DNA of 61,547 nt from an uncultured Clostridia bacterium (GTDB lineage: Bacteria; Bacillota; Clostridia; TANB77; CAG-465). The translations under genes were made by a program, and so were the position numbers. Of the stretch, positions 1 through 9,380 are shown piece by piece; position 1 is the first letter of the stretch; each line of letters begins with the position of its first letter. The notes below the pieces were generated by a model, which saw nothing but the letters and a program-made list of their open reading frames with translations, did no database searches and was not told where the DNA came from. The DNA lies in the NCBI GenBank assembly GCA_947627255.1, contig CANQVI010000004.1:1-61547 (forward strand), read 5' to 3'.

Positions 1-22
1 GGTTTGTTTCTTGCATTGTTTA

Positions 23-58
23 TTTTTCAATGTGCTCTTGTTCTCACTCCGTGAGAAC
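23..58 (-). promoter_or_regulatory. rRNA operon leader antitermination elements (boxB-like hairpin plus boxA)
   Basis: On the minus strand a perfect hairpin GTTCTCAC-GGA-GTGAGAAC (40-58) is followed by GCACATTGAAAAA (23-35), a boxA-like motif, directly downstream of tandem promoters. The 16S gene itself would lie outside the window. Confidence 0.7.
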
Positions 59-64
59 GATTTT

Positions 65-94
65 ATTATAACACAAAAAGATAACTTTTGTCAA
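65..94 (-). promoter_or_regulatory. sigma-A promoter (rrn P2-like)
   Basis: TTGACA (94-89), 18 bp, TATAAT (70-65) with extended -10 TG. Confidence 0.8.
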
Positions 95-179
95 CATGTT
101 TTTATATATTTTAAAAAAAGTTTTTTTCAAAACTTTTTACCAATAAAATTATGTTTTTTATCTCCTTGCGACGTCTATT

Positions 180-208
180 ATGATACTACTTTAAAATGCT
201 TTTGTCAA
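180..208 (-). promoter_or_regulatory. sigma-A promoter (rrn P1-like)
   Basis: TTGACA (208-203), 17 bp, TATCAT (185-180), with A-tract UP-like sequence upstream. Confidence 0.7.
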
Positions 209-284
209 CACCTTTTTCAAAAAAAAGTAAACTTTTTTACAAAAATATTTCAATCAAAGAAAAAGTGCTTAAAAATAAGCACTT

Positions 285-1850
285 TTAATTAACTCCTAAA
301 TATTCTTCTAAACATAAACCACTATCATAAACATCCTTTGCAATGTCCTTGCCTAAGTATCTAATATGCCAAGGTTCATATTTATATCCTGTAATATTTT
401 CTTTATCTTTTGGATACCTTATTATAAAGCCATATTTGTAGCAATTTGCAGCAAGCCACTTACCAGATGGTGTGTCAGCATATGCATCATCTATCCAGCC
501 CACATCCATGGCAAGTCCTGTTTGATGTTCAGATGTTCCAGGTCTTGCTGAAAAAGTATCTGCCTCAGCTTGTCCATATGTTGCTACATAATTATTGTAT
601 AAGTTTCTTTGAGTTTCATAAGATCTATAGCCAGATAATAGTTGTATATCATATCCTTCTTGCAATGCTGCACTTCTTAATTCTTGAAAAGCATTATAAG
701 CAATTTGTAAAAGTCCAGGTGCATAATCTTGTGGTATTGGATGAGTTTTATTTACAAGTAATATTCCATTTATGTAAGTAATTCCTGGTACTTGTGCTCC
801 TATATTTGGTAATTGTAAAACAGGTTTTTCTATTACTTGTACTTGAACAGTTGCACTTATAACAGGCTCAGACAGAGTAGAGGCTGTTACCTGACAATTT
901 CCAACTGCCACAGCTACTATATTTCCATCATTATCTACTTTTGCTATATTTTCATCGCTACTACTAAATTTAATTTCTTTATTTGTAGCATCATCAGGAC
1001 TAATACTTACATCTATTTTAGAAGACCTTCCTATAACTATTTCTATAGTTGATTTGCTAAGTTCTATTTTTTCTACTGGTTGCTCTACTATAAGTTTTAA
1101 TTCTTTAGATGCCTTACTATTTTTTAATATTATTTTATATTCACCTACTTTATTAATAGTTAAATTATTATTTTCATCTACATTTATTGCCTCTTTATCT
1201 TCGGCTTCCACTAAATAACTATTATATGTATAACATTCTTCATTTATGCCAAAATCTAATTTTATATTTTCTCTCTTATTTACTTTTAATTCTTCTATAT
1301 TTAGATTTTCTACATCTAATTCTATATATTTTAAAATATATTCTCTAGCATTTTCTATAAGTTTTAAATCGTAATAACCAGCTTCATCCATTTTAATATC
1401 ATTAGCTACATATACTTCTTCTGTTTCATTATTATAATATTCTGAAAGCCAATAAATATTATCCATATTATTTTTTATTTTCAAATCATCTAATATAGCT
1501 CCACTTACTTTTATATAAGTATAAAGCTCATTATTTTTTATATTTACATTCAAGTTTATATTTTTAGTAATATTTTCATTTTTTATTTTAGCTATATATT
1601 TTTCATTAACTATTATCAAATCTACTTTTTCTTCTTTTAATTTATTATATATTTTATTTGAAAGAAATATATTATTTCCACTACTATATGATATAGCCAC
1701 TTGATTTTGAGAATCAAGGCTATTAAATATTTGATTTGCAATTATATTATTTCGTATAATAAATGTAAGTAAAAAACTTATTACTATTATTAATATAATA
1801 ACTACTACAGAAAAAATTATTATTTTACCTTTAGTTATTTTCAACTTCAT
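285..1850 (-). CDS. M15B (VanY-like) D,D-carboxypeptidase with N-terminal membrane anchor and Ig-like (Big_2) domain
   Basis: SGYRSY, SEHQTGLAMD (SxHxxGxAxD) and YEPWH motifs; Big_2-like segment (SSSDENIAKVDNDGNIVAVAVG); hydrophobic N-terminus. Confidence 0.88.
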   Translation of the reverse strand: MKLKITKGKIIIFSVVVIILIIVISFLLTFIIRNNIIANQIFNSLDSQNQVAISYSSGNNIFLSNKIYNKLKEEKVDLIIVNEKYIAKIKNENITKNINLNVNIKNNELYTYIKVSGAILDDLKIKNNMDNIYWLSEYYNNETEEVYVANDIKMDEAGYYDLKLIENAREYILKYIELDVENLNIEELKVNKRENIKLDFGINEECYTYNSYLVEAEDKEAINVDENNNLTINKVGEYKIILKNSKASKELKLIVEQPVEKIELSKSTIEIVIGRSSKIDVSISPDDATNKEIKFSSSDENIAKVDNDGNIVAVAVGNCQVTASTLSEPVISATVQVQVIEKPVLQLPNIGAQVPGITYINGILLVNKTHPIPQDYAPGLLQIAYNAFQELRSAALQEGYDIQLLSGYRSYETQRNLYNNYVATYGQAEADTFSARPGTSEHQTGLAMDVGWIDDAYADTPSGKWLAANCYKYGFIIRYPKDKENITGYKYEPWHIRYLGKDIAKDVYDSGLCLEEYLGVN

Positions 1851-1864
1851 ACATAATCACCTTT

Positions 1865-2473
1865 TTAATTAATAGTAGAATTACATATTGTGACATTGCT
1901 TACTAATGATGTATCTTTTTCTATATCATATCTAACCTTATAATAAATCATTTTATTACCAATATTTTTAGTATATCCTACATAAACAACTTCAAAATTA
2001 TTCTCATATAATATAGACTCAATATTTCTATTATCATATCCAATATAATCTATTGGCTCTAAATATAGTTCTACAAAGTCATCTTCAAAAAATTTATATG
2101 AAGATATATTACTATCTATATTAGTAAAAAATTTTTTTAATTCTGCTATAAAAAAAGACGAAGTTACTTTTCCAAAGTTAAAGTATGGAGTACCATTAAA
2201 TACTTTATATTCCGTTTGACATGGCTTTATATATTCTATATATTTTTCTCTATTTTCAATAATATATCTTACCATAAAGTCTAGTTTATCATCTTGTGTA
2301 ATTTCAATTTCTCCATTACTTGACATACAGCAAAGTGCCACTTTTTCTACATTATCAATAATATCAAATATTTCATTTTTAGTCAATATTTCCTCTTTTT
2401 CTATATTAGAATTAAAGCCTAAAAATAGCAGCATTATTACTATAAAAATTGTTATTATAATATATTTTTTCAT
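1865..2473 (-). CDS. hypothetical exported or membrane-anchored protein
   Basis: 202 aa ORF, signal-like N-terminus, GAGG RBS, 14 bp upstream of the peptidase gene. Confidence 0.7.
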   Translation of the reverse strand: MKKYIIITIFIVIMLLFLGFNSNIEKEEILTKNEIFDIIDNVEKVALCCMSSNGEIEITQDDKLDFMVRYIIENREKYIEYIKPCQTEYKVFNGTPYFNFGKVTSSFFIAELKKFFTNIDSNISSYKFFEDDFVELYLEPIDYIGYDNRNIESILYENNFEVVYVGYTKNIGNKMIYYKVRYDIEKDTSLVSNVTICNSTIN

Positions 2474-2530
2474 TTTATCTTCCTCAGATAATACTTTAAC
2501 ATTAAATATAGACGAAATTAAAATTTAGAC

Positions 2531-2569
2531 AAAAAAAGGCTAGTTAATAAATTAACTAGCTCTTTTTTT
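2531..2569 (-). terminator. intrinsic terminator
   Basis: GCTAGTTAAT/ATTAACTAGC stem flanked by A and T tracts. Confidence 0.8.
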
Positions 2570-2575
2570 ACAATT

Positions 2576-3085
2576 TTAGAATTTGTGACCACATTTATTA
2601 CAATATTTAGCTGTTGGCTCAAAAACTTGACCACATTCTGGGCAAACCTTTTCAACTTCAACTTCTTCTTTTTTAGTTTCTTTTTTCTCTTCTTTTATTT
2701 TTACAGCTTTTTGTTTTTCTCCACAGTTTACACAGAACTTGCTATCTAAAGGAATAGTTTCTCCACATGATGCACATACTCTTAAGCCTTTATTGTATAA
2801 GATTTTTGTATTCATGTTTTGAATTTCTTCATTTAGCTTATCTATTTTTTTAGCTTCTTTTGTGAAATCTTTTCCTACATCTTCCCCTGCTTTATATGCA
2901 TTATATACTGCTTTTCCAATTTCTTCATAAATCTCATCAATATCTGTTTGTTTTTCTGATATTGCTATTTTTAATTTTGTTTCCTCAATTAACTTTCCTG
3001 ATTTATCTGCTACAGTATTATATGTATTTGTTGCAGTATCACCAACTTTTTTAGATATTTGTTCTACTTTCTTCATAAATTCCAT
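2576..3085 (-). CDS. coiled-coil protein with two double zinc-ribbon modules
   Basis: CASCG..FCVNCG and CPECG..YCNKCG; ATG at 3085 follows AAGGAGG. Confidence 0.8.
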   Translation of the reverse strand: MEFMKKVEQISKKVGDTATNTYNTVADKSGKLIEETKLKIAISEKQTDIDEIYEEIGKAVYNAYKAGEDVGKDFTKEAKKIDKLNEEIQNMNTKILYNKGLRVCASCGETIPLDSKFCVNCGEKQKAVKIKEEKKETKKEEVEVEKVCPECGQVFEPTAKYCNKCGHKF

Positions 3086-3143
3086 ATTCAAATTCCTCCT
3101 TATTCGTAATTACACTATATCACAAAAATCTTATAATTTCAAC

Positions 3144-5585
3144 TTATTTCTTACTTATAATTACTTCATCATTTTGAGCAGAGATTACTATACTATCTCC
3201 ATCTTTTATTTTATTATCTAGCAGTTCTTCAGCAAACTTATCTTCTACCTTAGATTGTATAGCTCTTTTAAGTGGTCTAGCACCATAAACATCATCAAAT
3301 CCAACTTTAGCTACATAGTCTATTAAAGATTGATCAATTTCTATGTTTATATTTCTAGATTTCAATTTTTCTATAACTTCATTAAGCATAATTTTAGATA
3401 TTTTTTCTATAGAATCTTTATTTAATTTTTTAAATACAATTATTTCATCTAGTCTATTTAAAAATTCTGGTCTAAATGTTCTTTTTAATTCGCTCATTAC
3501 TTCTGCTTTATTTTTTTGATAAGTTTCTTCGTCATTTTCTTTACTTACAAATCCTATTGTTTTATTTTCAACAATATTTCTTGCACCTGTATTTGAAGTC
3601 ATAATTATTACTGTATTTTTAAAGCTTACTGTTCTACCATTAGAATCTGTAAGTCTACCGTCATCTAGTATTTGAAGTAATATATTAAATACATCTGGAT
3701 GTGCTTTTTCTATTTCATCAAATAATATAATAGAATATGGTTTTCTTCTTACTTGCTCTGTTAATTGACCGCCATCATCATATCCAACGTATCCAGGAGG
3801 TGAGCCAATTAATTTAGATACACTATGTGGTTCCATATATTCTGACATATCTAATCTAATCATTGCATTTTCGCTTCCAAACATATTTGTAGCTAATGCT
3901 TTTGTTAACTCTGTTTTACCAACACCAGTAGGACCTAAAAAGATAAATGAACCTATCGGTCTATTTACATCTTTTAATCCGACCCTAGCTCTTTTTATAG
4001 CTTTTGCTAACACATCTATTGCTTCGTCTTGACCTATAACTCTCTTTTTAAGTTCTTTATCTAGATTTTTAATTTTTTCAGCTTCAGTTAATGTTAATTT
4101 TGTTACTGGAATTTTTGTCCAATTTGATACAACAGCACATATATCTTCTTTTCCTATTGATATTTCTTCTGCTTTTCCTTGTTTTTTCCAAGCCTCATCT
4201 TGTTTTGTTATTTGTTCTTTTAGCTCTTTTTCTTCATCTCTAATTTTAGCTGCTTTTTCAAAATTTTGAGATATAATTGCTTCTTCTTTTTCTTTAGATT
4301 TTTTCTCTAATTCTTTTTCAAGATTTTTATAGCTATCTGGTTTTGTTAGACTTTTTATTTTAGCTTTAGAACATGCTTCATCAATCAAATCAATAGCTTT
4401 ATCTGGTAAAAATCTATCAGTGATATATCTTTCAGATAAAATAGTAGCCTCTTTAATTGCCTCATCTGTTATTTTTACTTTATGATGTGCTTCGTATTTG
4501 TCCTTCAAGCCTTTTAATATCTCTATTGTATTTTCTACACTTGGCTCTTCAACTATTACACTTTGAAATCTTCTTTCAAGTGCACTATCTTTTTCTATAT
4601 ATTTTCTGTACTCATTTAAAGTTGTAGCACCAATTACTTGAATTTCTCCTCTTGATAAAAGAGGTTTTAAAATATTTGCTGCGTCCATAGCACCTTCTGC
4701 AGAGCCAGCTCCAACAATGGTGTGTATTTCATCTATGAAAAGTATTACATTTGAAGCAGATTTTATTTCTTGTAATGATTTTTTTAATCTTTCTTCAAAA
4801 TCTCCTCTATATTTTGCACCAGCAAGCATTGATGCCATATCTAGAGAAACTACTCTTTTATTTTTTAGTATTTCTGGCACGTTATTTTCATTTATCATTT
4901 GAGCTAATCCTTCAACTACAGCTGTTTTACCAACACCTGGTTCACCTATAAGTACAGGATTATTTTTTGTTCTTCTACTTAATATTTCAATTACTCTTTC
5001 TATTTCATTTTCTCTACCAATTACTGGATCTAGTTTTCCTTCTTTAGCGAGTTCTGTTAAATCTTTACCATATTGATTAAGAGTTGGTGTACTATTTTTA
5101 CCCTTTGTCTCTAAATTTGCAGGGTCGTTATATGAATTAGATATAGGAGATTCATCACCTAATATTTTAAGTAATTCAGTAAATATTTTTTGAGGGTCAA
5201 CATCAGCATCAATAAGTATTCTAATAGCTACACTATCTATTTCTCTCATAAGCGATAATAATATATGCTCTGAGCCAACATAGTTTTGTCCCATTCTTAA
5301 TGCTTCTTTTTGACTATTAGCAATTATTCTTTTTGCTCTAGGAGTAAAATCTATATCGTTTTCATCTACAACTGTATTCATAATTCCATCTATTTTTACA
5401 ATTTCATCTTCTATATATTCAGCAGTCAAATCTTGTTTCTTTAAAATAACTGCGGCAAGTCCTTCGCCCTCAGCAATGAGTCCATATAAAATGTGTTCTG
5501 TACCTATATATGAGTAATTATGTTCGATAGAAAAATTCTTTGCACATTCTATTACATTTCTTGCACTTTCTGTAAATTCATACAT
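3144..5585 (-). CDS. clpC: ATP-dependent Clp protease ATP-binding subunit ClpC
   Basis: ClpN repeats, two AAA+ Walker A motifs (GEPGVGKT, GPTGVGKT), UVR coiled coil, IGF loop; in the ctsR operon. Confidence 0.97.
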   Translation of the reverse strand: MYEFTESARNVIECAKNFSIEHNYSYIGTEHILYGLIAEGEGLAAVILKKQDLTAEYIEDEIVKIDGIMNTVVDENDIDFTPRAKRIIANSQKEALRMGQNYVGSEHILLSLMREIDSVAIRILIDADVDPQKIFTELLKILGDESPISNSYNDPANLETKGKNSTPTLNQYGKDLTELAKEGKLDPVIGRENEIERVIEILSRRTKNNPVLIGEPGVGKTAVVEGLAQMINENNVPEILKNKRVVSLDMASMLAGAKYRGDFEERLKKSLQEIKSASNVILFIDEIHTIVGAGSAEGAMDAANILKPLLSRGEIQVIGATTLNEYRKYIEKDSALERRFQSVIVEEPSVENTIEILKGLKDKYEAHHKVKITDEAIKEATILSERYITDRFLPDKAIDLIDEACSKAKIKSLTKPDSYKNLEKELEKKSKEKEEAIISQNFEKAAKIRDEEKELKEQITKQDEAWKKQGKAEEISIGKEDICAVVSNWTKIPVTKLTLTEAEKIKNLDKELKKRVIGQDEAIDVLAKAIKRARVGLKDVNRPIGSFIFLGPTGVGKTELTKALATNMFGSENAMIRLDMSEYMEPHSVSKLIGSPPGYVGYDDGGQLTEQVRRKPYSIILFDEIEKAHPDVFNILLQILDDGRLTDSNGRTVSFKNTVIIMTSNTGARNIVENKTIGFVSKENDEETYQKNKAEVMSELKRTFRPEFLNRLDEIIVFKKLNKDSIEKISKIMLNEVIEKLKSRNINIEIDQSLIDYVAKVGFDDVYGARPLKRAIQSKVEDKFAEELLDNKIKDGDSIVISAQNDEVIISKK

Positions 5586-5605
5586 ATTTTTTTCCTCCTT
5601 TAACT

Positions 5606-6577
5606 TTATATGTTATTTTTTATATATTCAGCACGTTTTAAGTTTTCCTGTTCTCTTGGAAAATTATCTTTTAAATTTTTTCTTAGTGTATTTTTACCTA
5701 TATTTTTTATTATTTTATCCACTTTATCCAATGTTGTTTTATCTATAAGTTCCATATTTACACCCATACGTACATTAGATAGAAGCTCCATAGCCTCATT
5801 TTTAGAGATAAGATAAGCACTATTTAAAATTCCATAAGAACGATATACCTCATCTTTAATTTCTATTTTATTTTTTATTATATCTCTAGCTTTTCTTTCT
5901 TGATTTACTATATATTTAGTAACTTGTTTTACTTGTTCAATTATTTCCTCTTCTGAAACGCCTAAAGTTTTTTGGTTAGATATTTGATAAATATTTCCAT
6001 CTCCATTTGAATTTTCACCATACATTCCTCTGATAGAAATTCCAAGATTAGAGATTTCACTAAATATTTTATCTAAAGCTCTAATTTTTTGTAATGCAGG
6101 TAAATGTAGCATTACAGATACACGCATACCTGTACCTATACATGTAGGGCAAGCAGTTATATATCCATATCTCTCATTATATGCATATTCAACATTTTCA
6201 TCTAATATTCTATCAAAATTTTTTATTTCATCGTATGCCTTATCTATATTAAATCCATTTTCAAAGGCTTGTATTCTTAAATGATCTTCTTCATTAATCA
6301 TAGTAGTAATGTTGTTTTTCTCATCTAAAATTAATGCAGTTTCATTACTATTTAATAATTCTTTAGAAATCATATGTGTTTCAAACAAAGATTTTTTTGT
6401 TACATCATCAATATTATTTAATTCTAGAATATTATATTTTCCATTTAATTTATCTTTTAAATATTTTAAAATTTCATTTTTTTGTTTATCTATCATATTA
6501 TTAGGAAATCTATATCCTTTTATATTTCTGGCAAGTCTTATTCTAGTTGTTAATACAACATCATTAAAATCTTCCAT
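5606..6577 (-). CDS. mcsB: protein arginine kinase McsB
   Basis: RIRLARN, NEEDHLRIQ, TACPTCIGTG phosphagen-kinase motifs; operon context. Confidence 0.93.
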   Translation of the reverse strand: MEDFNDVVLTTRIRLARNIKGYRFPNNMIDKQKNEILKYLKDKLNGKYNILELNNIDDVTKKSLFETHMISKELLNSNETALILDEKNNITTMINEEDHLRIQAFENGFNIDKAYDEIKNFDRILDENVEYAYNERYGYITACPTCIGTGMRVSVMLHLPALQKIRALDKIFSEISNLGISIRGMYGENSNGDGNIYQISNQKTLGVSEEEIIEQVKQVTKYIVNQERKARDIIKNKIEIKDEVYRSYGILNSAYLISKNEAMELLSNVRMGVNMELIDKTTLDKVDKIIKNIGKNTLRKNLKDNFPREQENLKRAEYIKNNI

Positions 6578-6578
6578 A

Positions 6579-7067
6579 TTATTCCTCCTTTAATGATTTA
6601 TTTTCTAGTTTTTTTATTTCGTCACGTATTTTAGCAGCTTCTTCAAATTCTTCATTTTCTACTAATTTTTTAAGTTTTTCTTTTAAATCATCTAATTTAC
6701 TTACTTTCTTATCTGGTTTCTTATCTACTTTTTTATCTGCTTTTAATTTTAGAGTTCTATTTTTTCCTTGTAGTCTTAATAATATAGCGTCAATTTCATT
6801 TTTAAATGTGTCATAGCACTCATCACAGCCAAATAATCCAGTTGATTTATATTGAGATAAAGTATATCCACATTTTTTACATTTTACTTCTTCTGGTAAT
6901 ATATAATCTAAGTCTAAGACCATTGGTGAGAATATATTATCAAAACTATTGAATATTCCTAACTTTTTTGCACATTCTTCACATAGTATTAAATTTGTAA
7001 CTTCTCCATTTATATTTTGTTGATATGTAATATTAGCATTATTTTTTCCACAATTTGTACACTTCAT
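6579..7067 (-). CDS. mcsA: McsA, activator of McsB
   Basis: Four CxxC motifs and a C-terminal UVR domain (EEFEEAAKIRDEIK). Confidence 0.93.
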   Translation of the reverse strand: MKCTNCGKNNANITYQQNINGEVTNLILCEECAKKLGIFNSFDNIFSPMVLDLDYILPEEVKCKKCGYTLSQYKSTGLFGCDECYDTFKNEIDAILLRLQGKNRTLKLKADKKVDKKPDKKVSKLDDLKEKLKKLVENEEFEEAAKIRDEIKKLENKSLKEE

Positions 7068-7082
7068 AATAATTCACTCCTT

Positions 7083-7529
7083 TTACATCAAGCTAACAAG
7101 TATATTTTTAAACATATCTGCTCTTACTTGATCTCTTTTTAATTTGTCTACTTGATTTAAACTTTTTTCAGATAATGCACTACTTATTATATTTGCATTC
7201 TTCTCATCTATAATATTATATCCAAGTAATTCACGTAAGTAAATCTCTACTACACTTTGCGACATATTACTACCTATTTTGCAAATTATATTTTTTAAGT
7301 AATCAGATTTTGAGTGGCTTATTCTACTAATTTTTATATAGCCTCCACCACCTCTTTTACTTTCAACATAAAATCCTAATTCTGGTATAAACCTTGTTGA
7401 AATAACGTAATTAATTTGTGATGGCACACAATTAAATTCTTGTGCCAGTTCACTTCTTTTAAGTTCGATTTGCTCAGCCTCGTCAAAAGCATCTATTATA
7501 TATTTTTCAATTATATCAGATAGATTCAT
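7083..7529 (-). CDS. ctsR: class III heat-shock repressor CtsR
   Basis: FNCVPSQINYV and ESKRGGGGYI; start placed at 7529 (MNLSDIIE) after AAGGAG rather than 7628. Confidence 0.95.
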   Translation of the reverse strand: MNLSDIIEKYIIDAFDEAEQIELKRSELAQEFNCVPSQINYVISTRFIPELGFYVESKRGGGGYIKISRISHSKSDYLKNIICKIGSNMSQSVVEIYLRELLGYNIIDEKNANIISSALSEKSLNQVDKLKRDQVRADMFKNILVSLM

Positions 7530-7548
7530 TTTATCATCTCCTTTTAAC

Positions 7549-7597
7549 TTTGACTTTCTTTGACTATTATTATATAAAAAAATATACACTTTGTCAA
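7549..7597 (-). promoter_or_regulatory. sigma-A promoter with CtsR operator
   Basis: TTGACA (7597-7592), 17 bp, TATAAT (7574-7569), then AGTCAAA-GAA-AGTCAAA (7565-7549), the CtsR direct heptad repeat. Confidence 0.92.
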
Positions 7598-7614
7598 GTG
7601 CATATTTTAAAGTT

Positions 7615-8085
7615 TTATTTTTTCTCATTATTTCTTATAGCAAATATAAATATAGGTCCTAGTAATCCAAATGATAAAATATCTATAACTAGCATAATTA
7701 TTGTACTTTTACTATATTTATTATATATCTTATATCTTGCAATAAAAGAATATATTGACACGATAAAAGATACTACAAAGATAGCTATAGATAATATACG
7801 CAATACATATATATCTTTACATATAAAAATAGCATAAGTATATAATAGCATATCTAATATATTAATAATTAGCATTATTATTGCTTGTACTTTAGATTTA
7901 AAAGCTATTTTACCTAATAAATATTGATTTAAATATGGTATCCATGCAAATGGATATGAACTTTCTTCCTCTCTTTTTCCTATCTTATATAATCCCACAG
8001 AATAAAATACATAAGATAATACTCCAGCAGTAAAGAAAATTATTAAAACCATTGTTAATATGAATATTGCTATTCCCCATTCCAT
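7615..8085 (-). CDS. four-TM membrane protein of unknown function
   Basis: 156 aa hydrophobic ORF with AWIPYLN motif and GAGG RBS, directly after rpoD. Confidence 0.75.
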   Translation of the reverse strand: MEWGIAIFILTMVLIIFFTAGVLSYVFYSVGLYKIGKREEESSYPFAWIPYLNQYLLGKIAFKSKVQAIIMLIINILDMLLYTYAIFICKDIYVLRILSIAIFVVSFIVSIYSFIARYKIYNKYSKSTIIMLVIDILSFGLLGPIFIFAIRNNEKK

Positions 8086-8103
8086 TATTACTTACCTCAA
8101 AAT

Positions 8104-9363
8104 TTATATATCACTACTCATGAAATCTTTTAATTTTTTACTTCTACTTGGATGTCTTAGTTTTCTTAATGCTTTAGCTTCGATTTGTCTTATTCTTTCA
8201 CGAGTAACATCAAATTCTCTTCCAACTTCTTCAAGAGTTCTCATTCTTCCATCTTCAAGACCAAATCTTAATTTTAATACTTTAGCTTCTCTTGGCGTTA
8301 ATGTTTGCATAACTTCTTCGATATGCTCTCTAAGTAAAGTATCAGCTGCTTGTTCTGATGGTGATGGAGCATCATCATCTGGTATGAAGTTTCCTAAATT
8401 ACTTTCATCTTCTTCACCTACTGGTGTCTCCAATGATATTGGCTCTTGAGAAACTTTTAGTATATCTCTAACTTTTTCTACAGGCATTTCAAGTTCTTCT
8501 GCAATTTCTTCAGGAGTAGGTTCTCTACCTAGAGTCTGTAGTAAGTGTCTAGATGTTTTTATTAATTTATTTATTGTCTCTACCATATGAACTGGTATTC
8601 TTATAGTTCTAGCTTGGTCTGCTATAGCTCTTGTAATAGCTTGTCTTATCCACCAAGTTGCATAAGTAGAAAATTTGTATCCTTTAGTTTGATCAAATTT
8701 ATCTACCGCTTTTATTAAACCTAAATTACCTTCTTGTATTAAGTCTAAAAATCCCATTCCTCTACCAATATATTTTTTGGCTATACTAACAACTAAACGT
8801 AAATTTGATTCGATAAGTTGTTTTTTTGCTTCTTGATCTCCATTTACCATTCTTTCGGCTAATGCATTTTCTTCTTCATATGTTAATAATCTAATTTTTC
8901 CTATTTCTTTTAAGAACATTTTTACAGGGTCATCAACATTTAAATTATCTACAAATGACATATCTTGCATATCCTGAAATAGTAAATCTTTTTCAGTTTC
9001 ATCGATATCATCAAGATCTGGTTCAATATCTAAATCAGCAACAGCTAGATCATCATCTTTTTTATCACTATCATCTTCAAGTTCTTCTTTTATTTTTCCT
9101 TCAATCATTAAGTCTTTTTCATCATCTTCGTCATCTAATACTAAATTAACTTTGGCTTTATCTAGCTCATCATATATTTTAGTTACATACTCTGAATCAA
9201 TATCCTCTTTACTGATAAATTCAATTACATCCTTCATTTGAATTTTTTTAGCTTTTACAGCTTCATCAATAAATTTTTTAACTTTTTCTTTTTGTGAAAC
9301 TTCCTTCACTTCTGTTACTTTTTTTTCTTTCACTTCTGTTGCCTTTTTTTCTTTTTCTTCCAT
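8104..9363 (-). CDS. rpoD: primary sigma factor SigA/RpoD
   Basis: [37 protein letters not shown], region 4 HTH; downstream of dnaG. Confidence 0.98.
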   Translation of the reverse strand: MEEKEKKATEVKEKKVTEVKEVSQKEKVKKFIDEAVKAKKIQMKDVIEFISKEDIDSEYVTKIYDELDKAKVNLVLDDEDDEKDLMIEGKIKEELEDDSDKKDDDLAVADLDIEPDLDDIDETEKDLLFQDMQDMSFVDNLNVDDPVKMFLKEIGKIRLLTYEEENALAERMVNGDQEAKKQLIESNLRLVVSIAKKYIGRGMGFLDLIQEGNLGLIKAVDKFDQTKGYKFSTYATWWIRQAITRAIADQARTIRIPVHMVETINKLIKTSRHLLQTLGREPTPEEIAEELEMPVEKVRDILKVSQEPISLETPVGEEDESNLGNFIPDDDAPSPSEQAADTLLREHIEEVMQTLTPREAKVLKLRFGLEDGRMRTLEEVGREFDVTRERIRQIEAKALRKLRHPSRSKKLKDFMSSDI

Positions 9364-9380
9364 TTTTCATGAACTCCTTT

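Noticed and set aside
11-292. 93-aa plus-strand ORF
   Set aside because: It runs antisense across the tandem promoters and leader, is F/K-rich from AT tracts and has no RBS.
7530-7628. Extended N-terminus of CtsR in the ORF track (likewise for 14446, 26495 and 52431)
   Set aside because: The extensions run through promoter, operator or RBS sequence. Downstream ATGs have proper RBSs.
9300-9345. Short tandem duplication in the RpoD N-terminus (TEVKE twice)
   Set aside because: Low-complexity in-frame extension with no evidence of phase variation.
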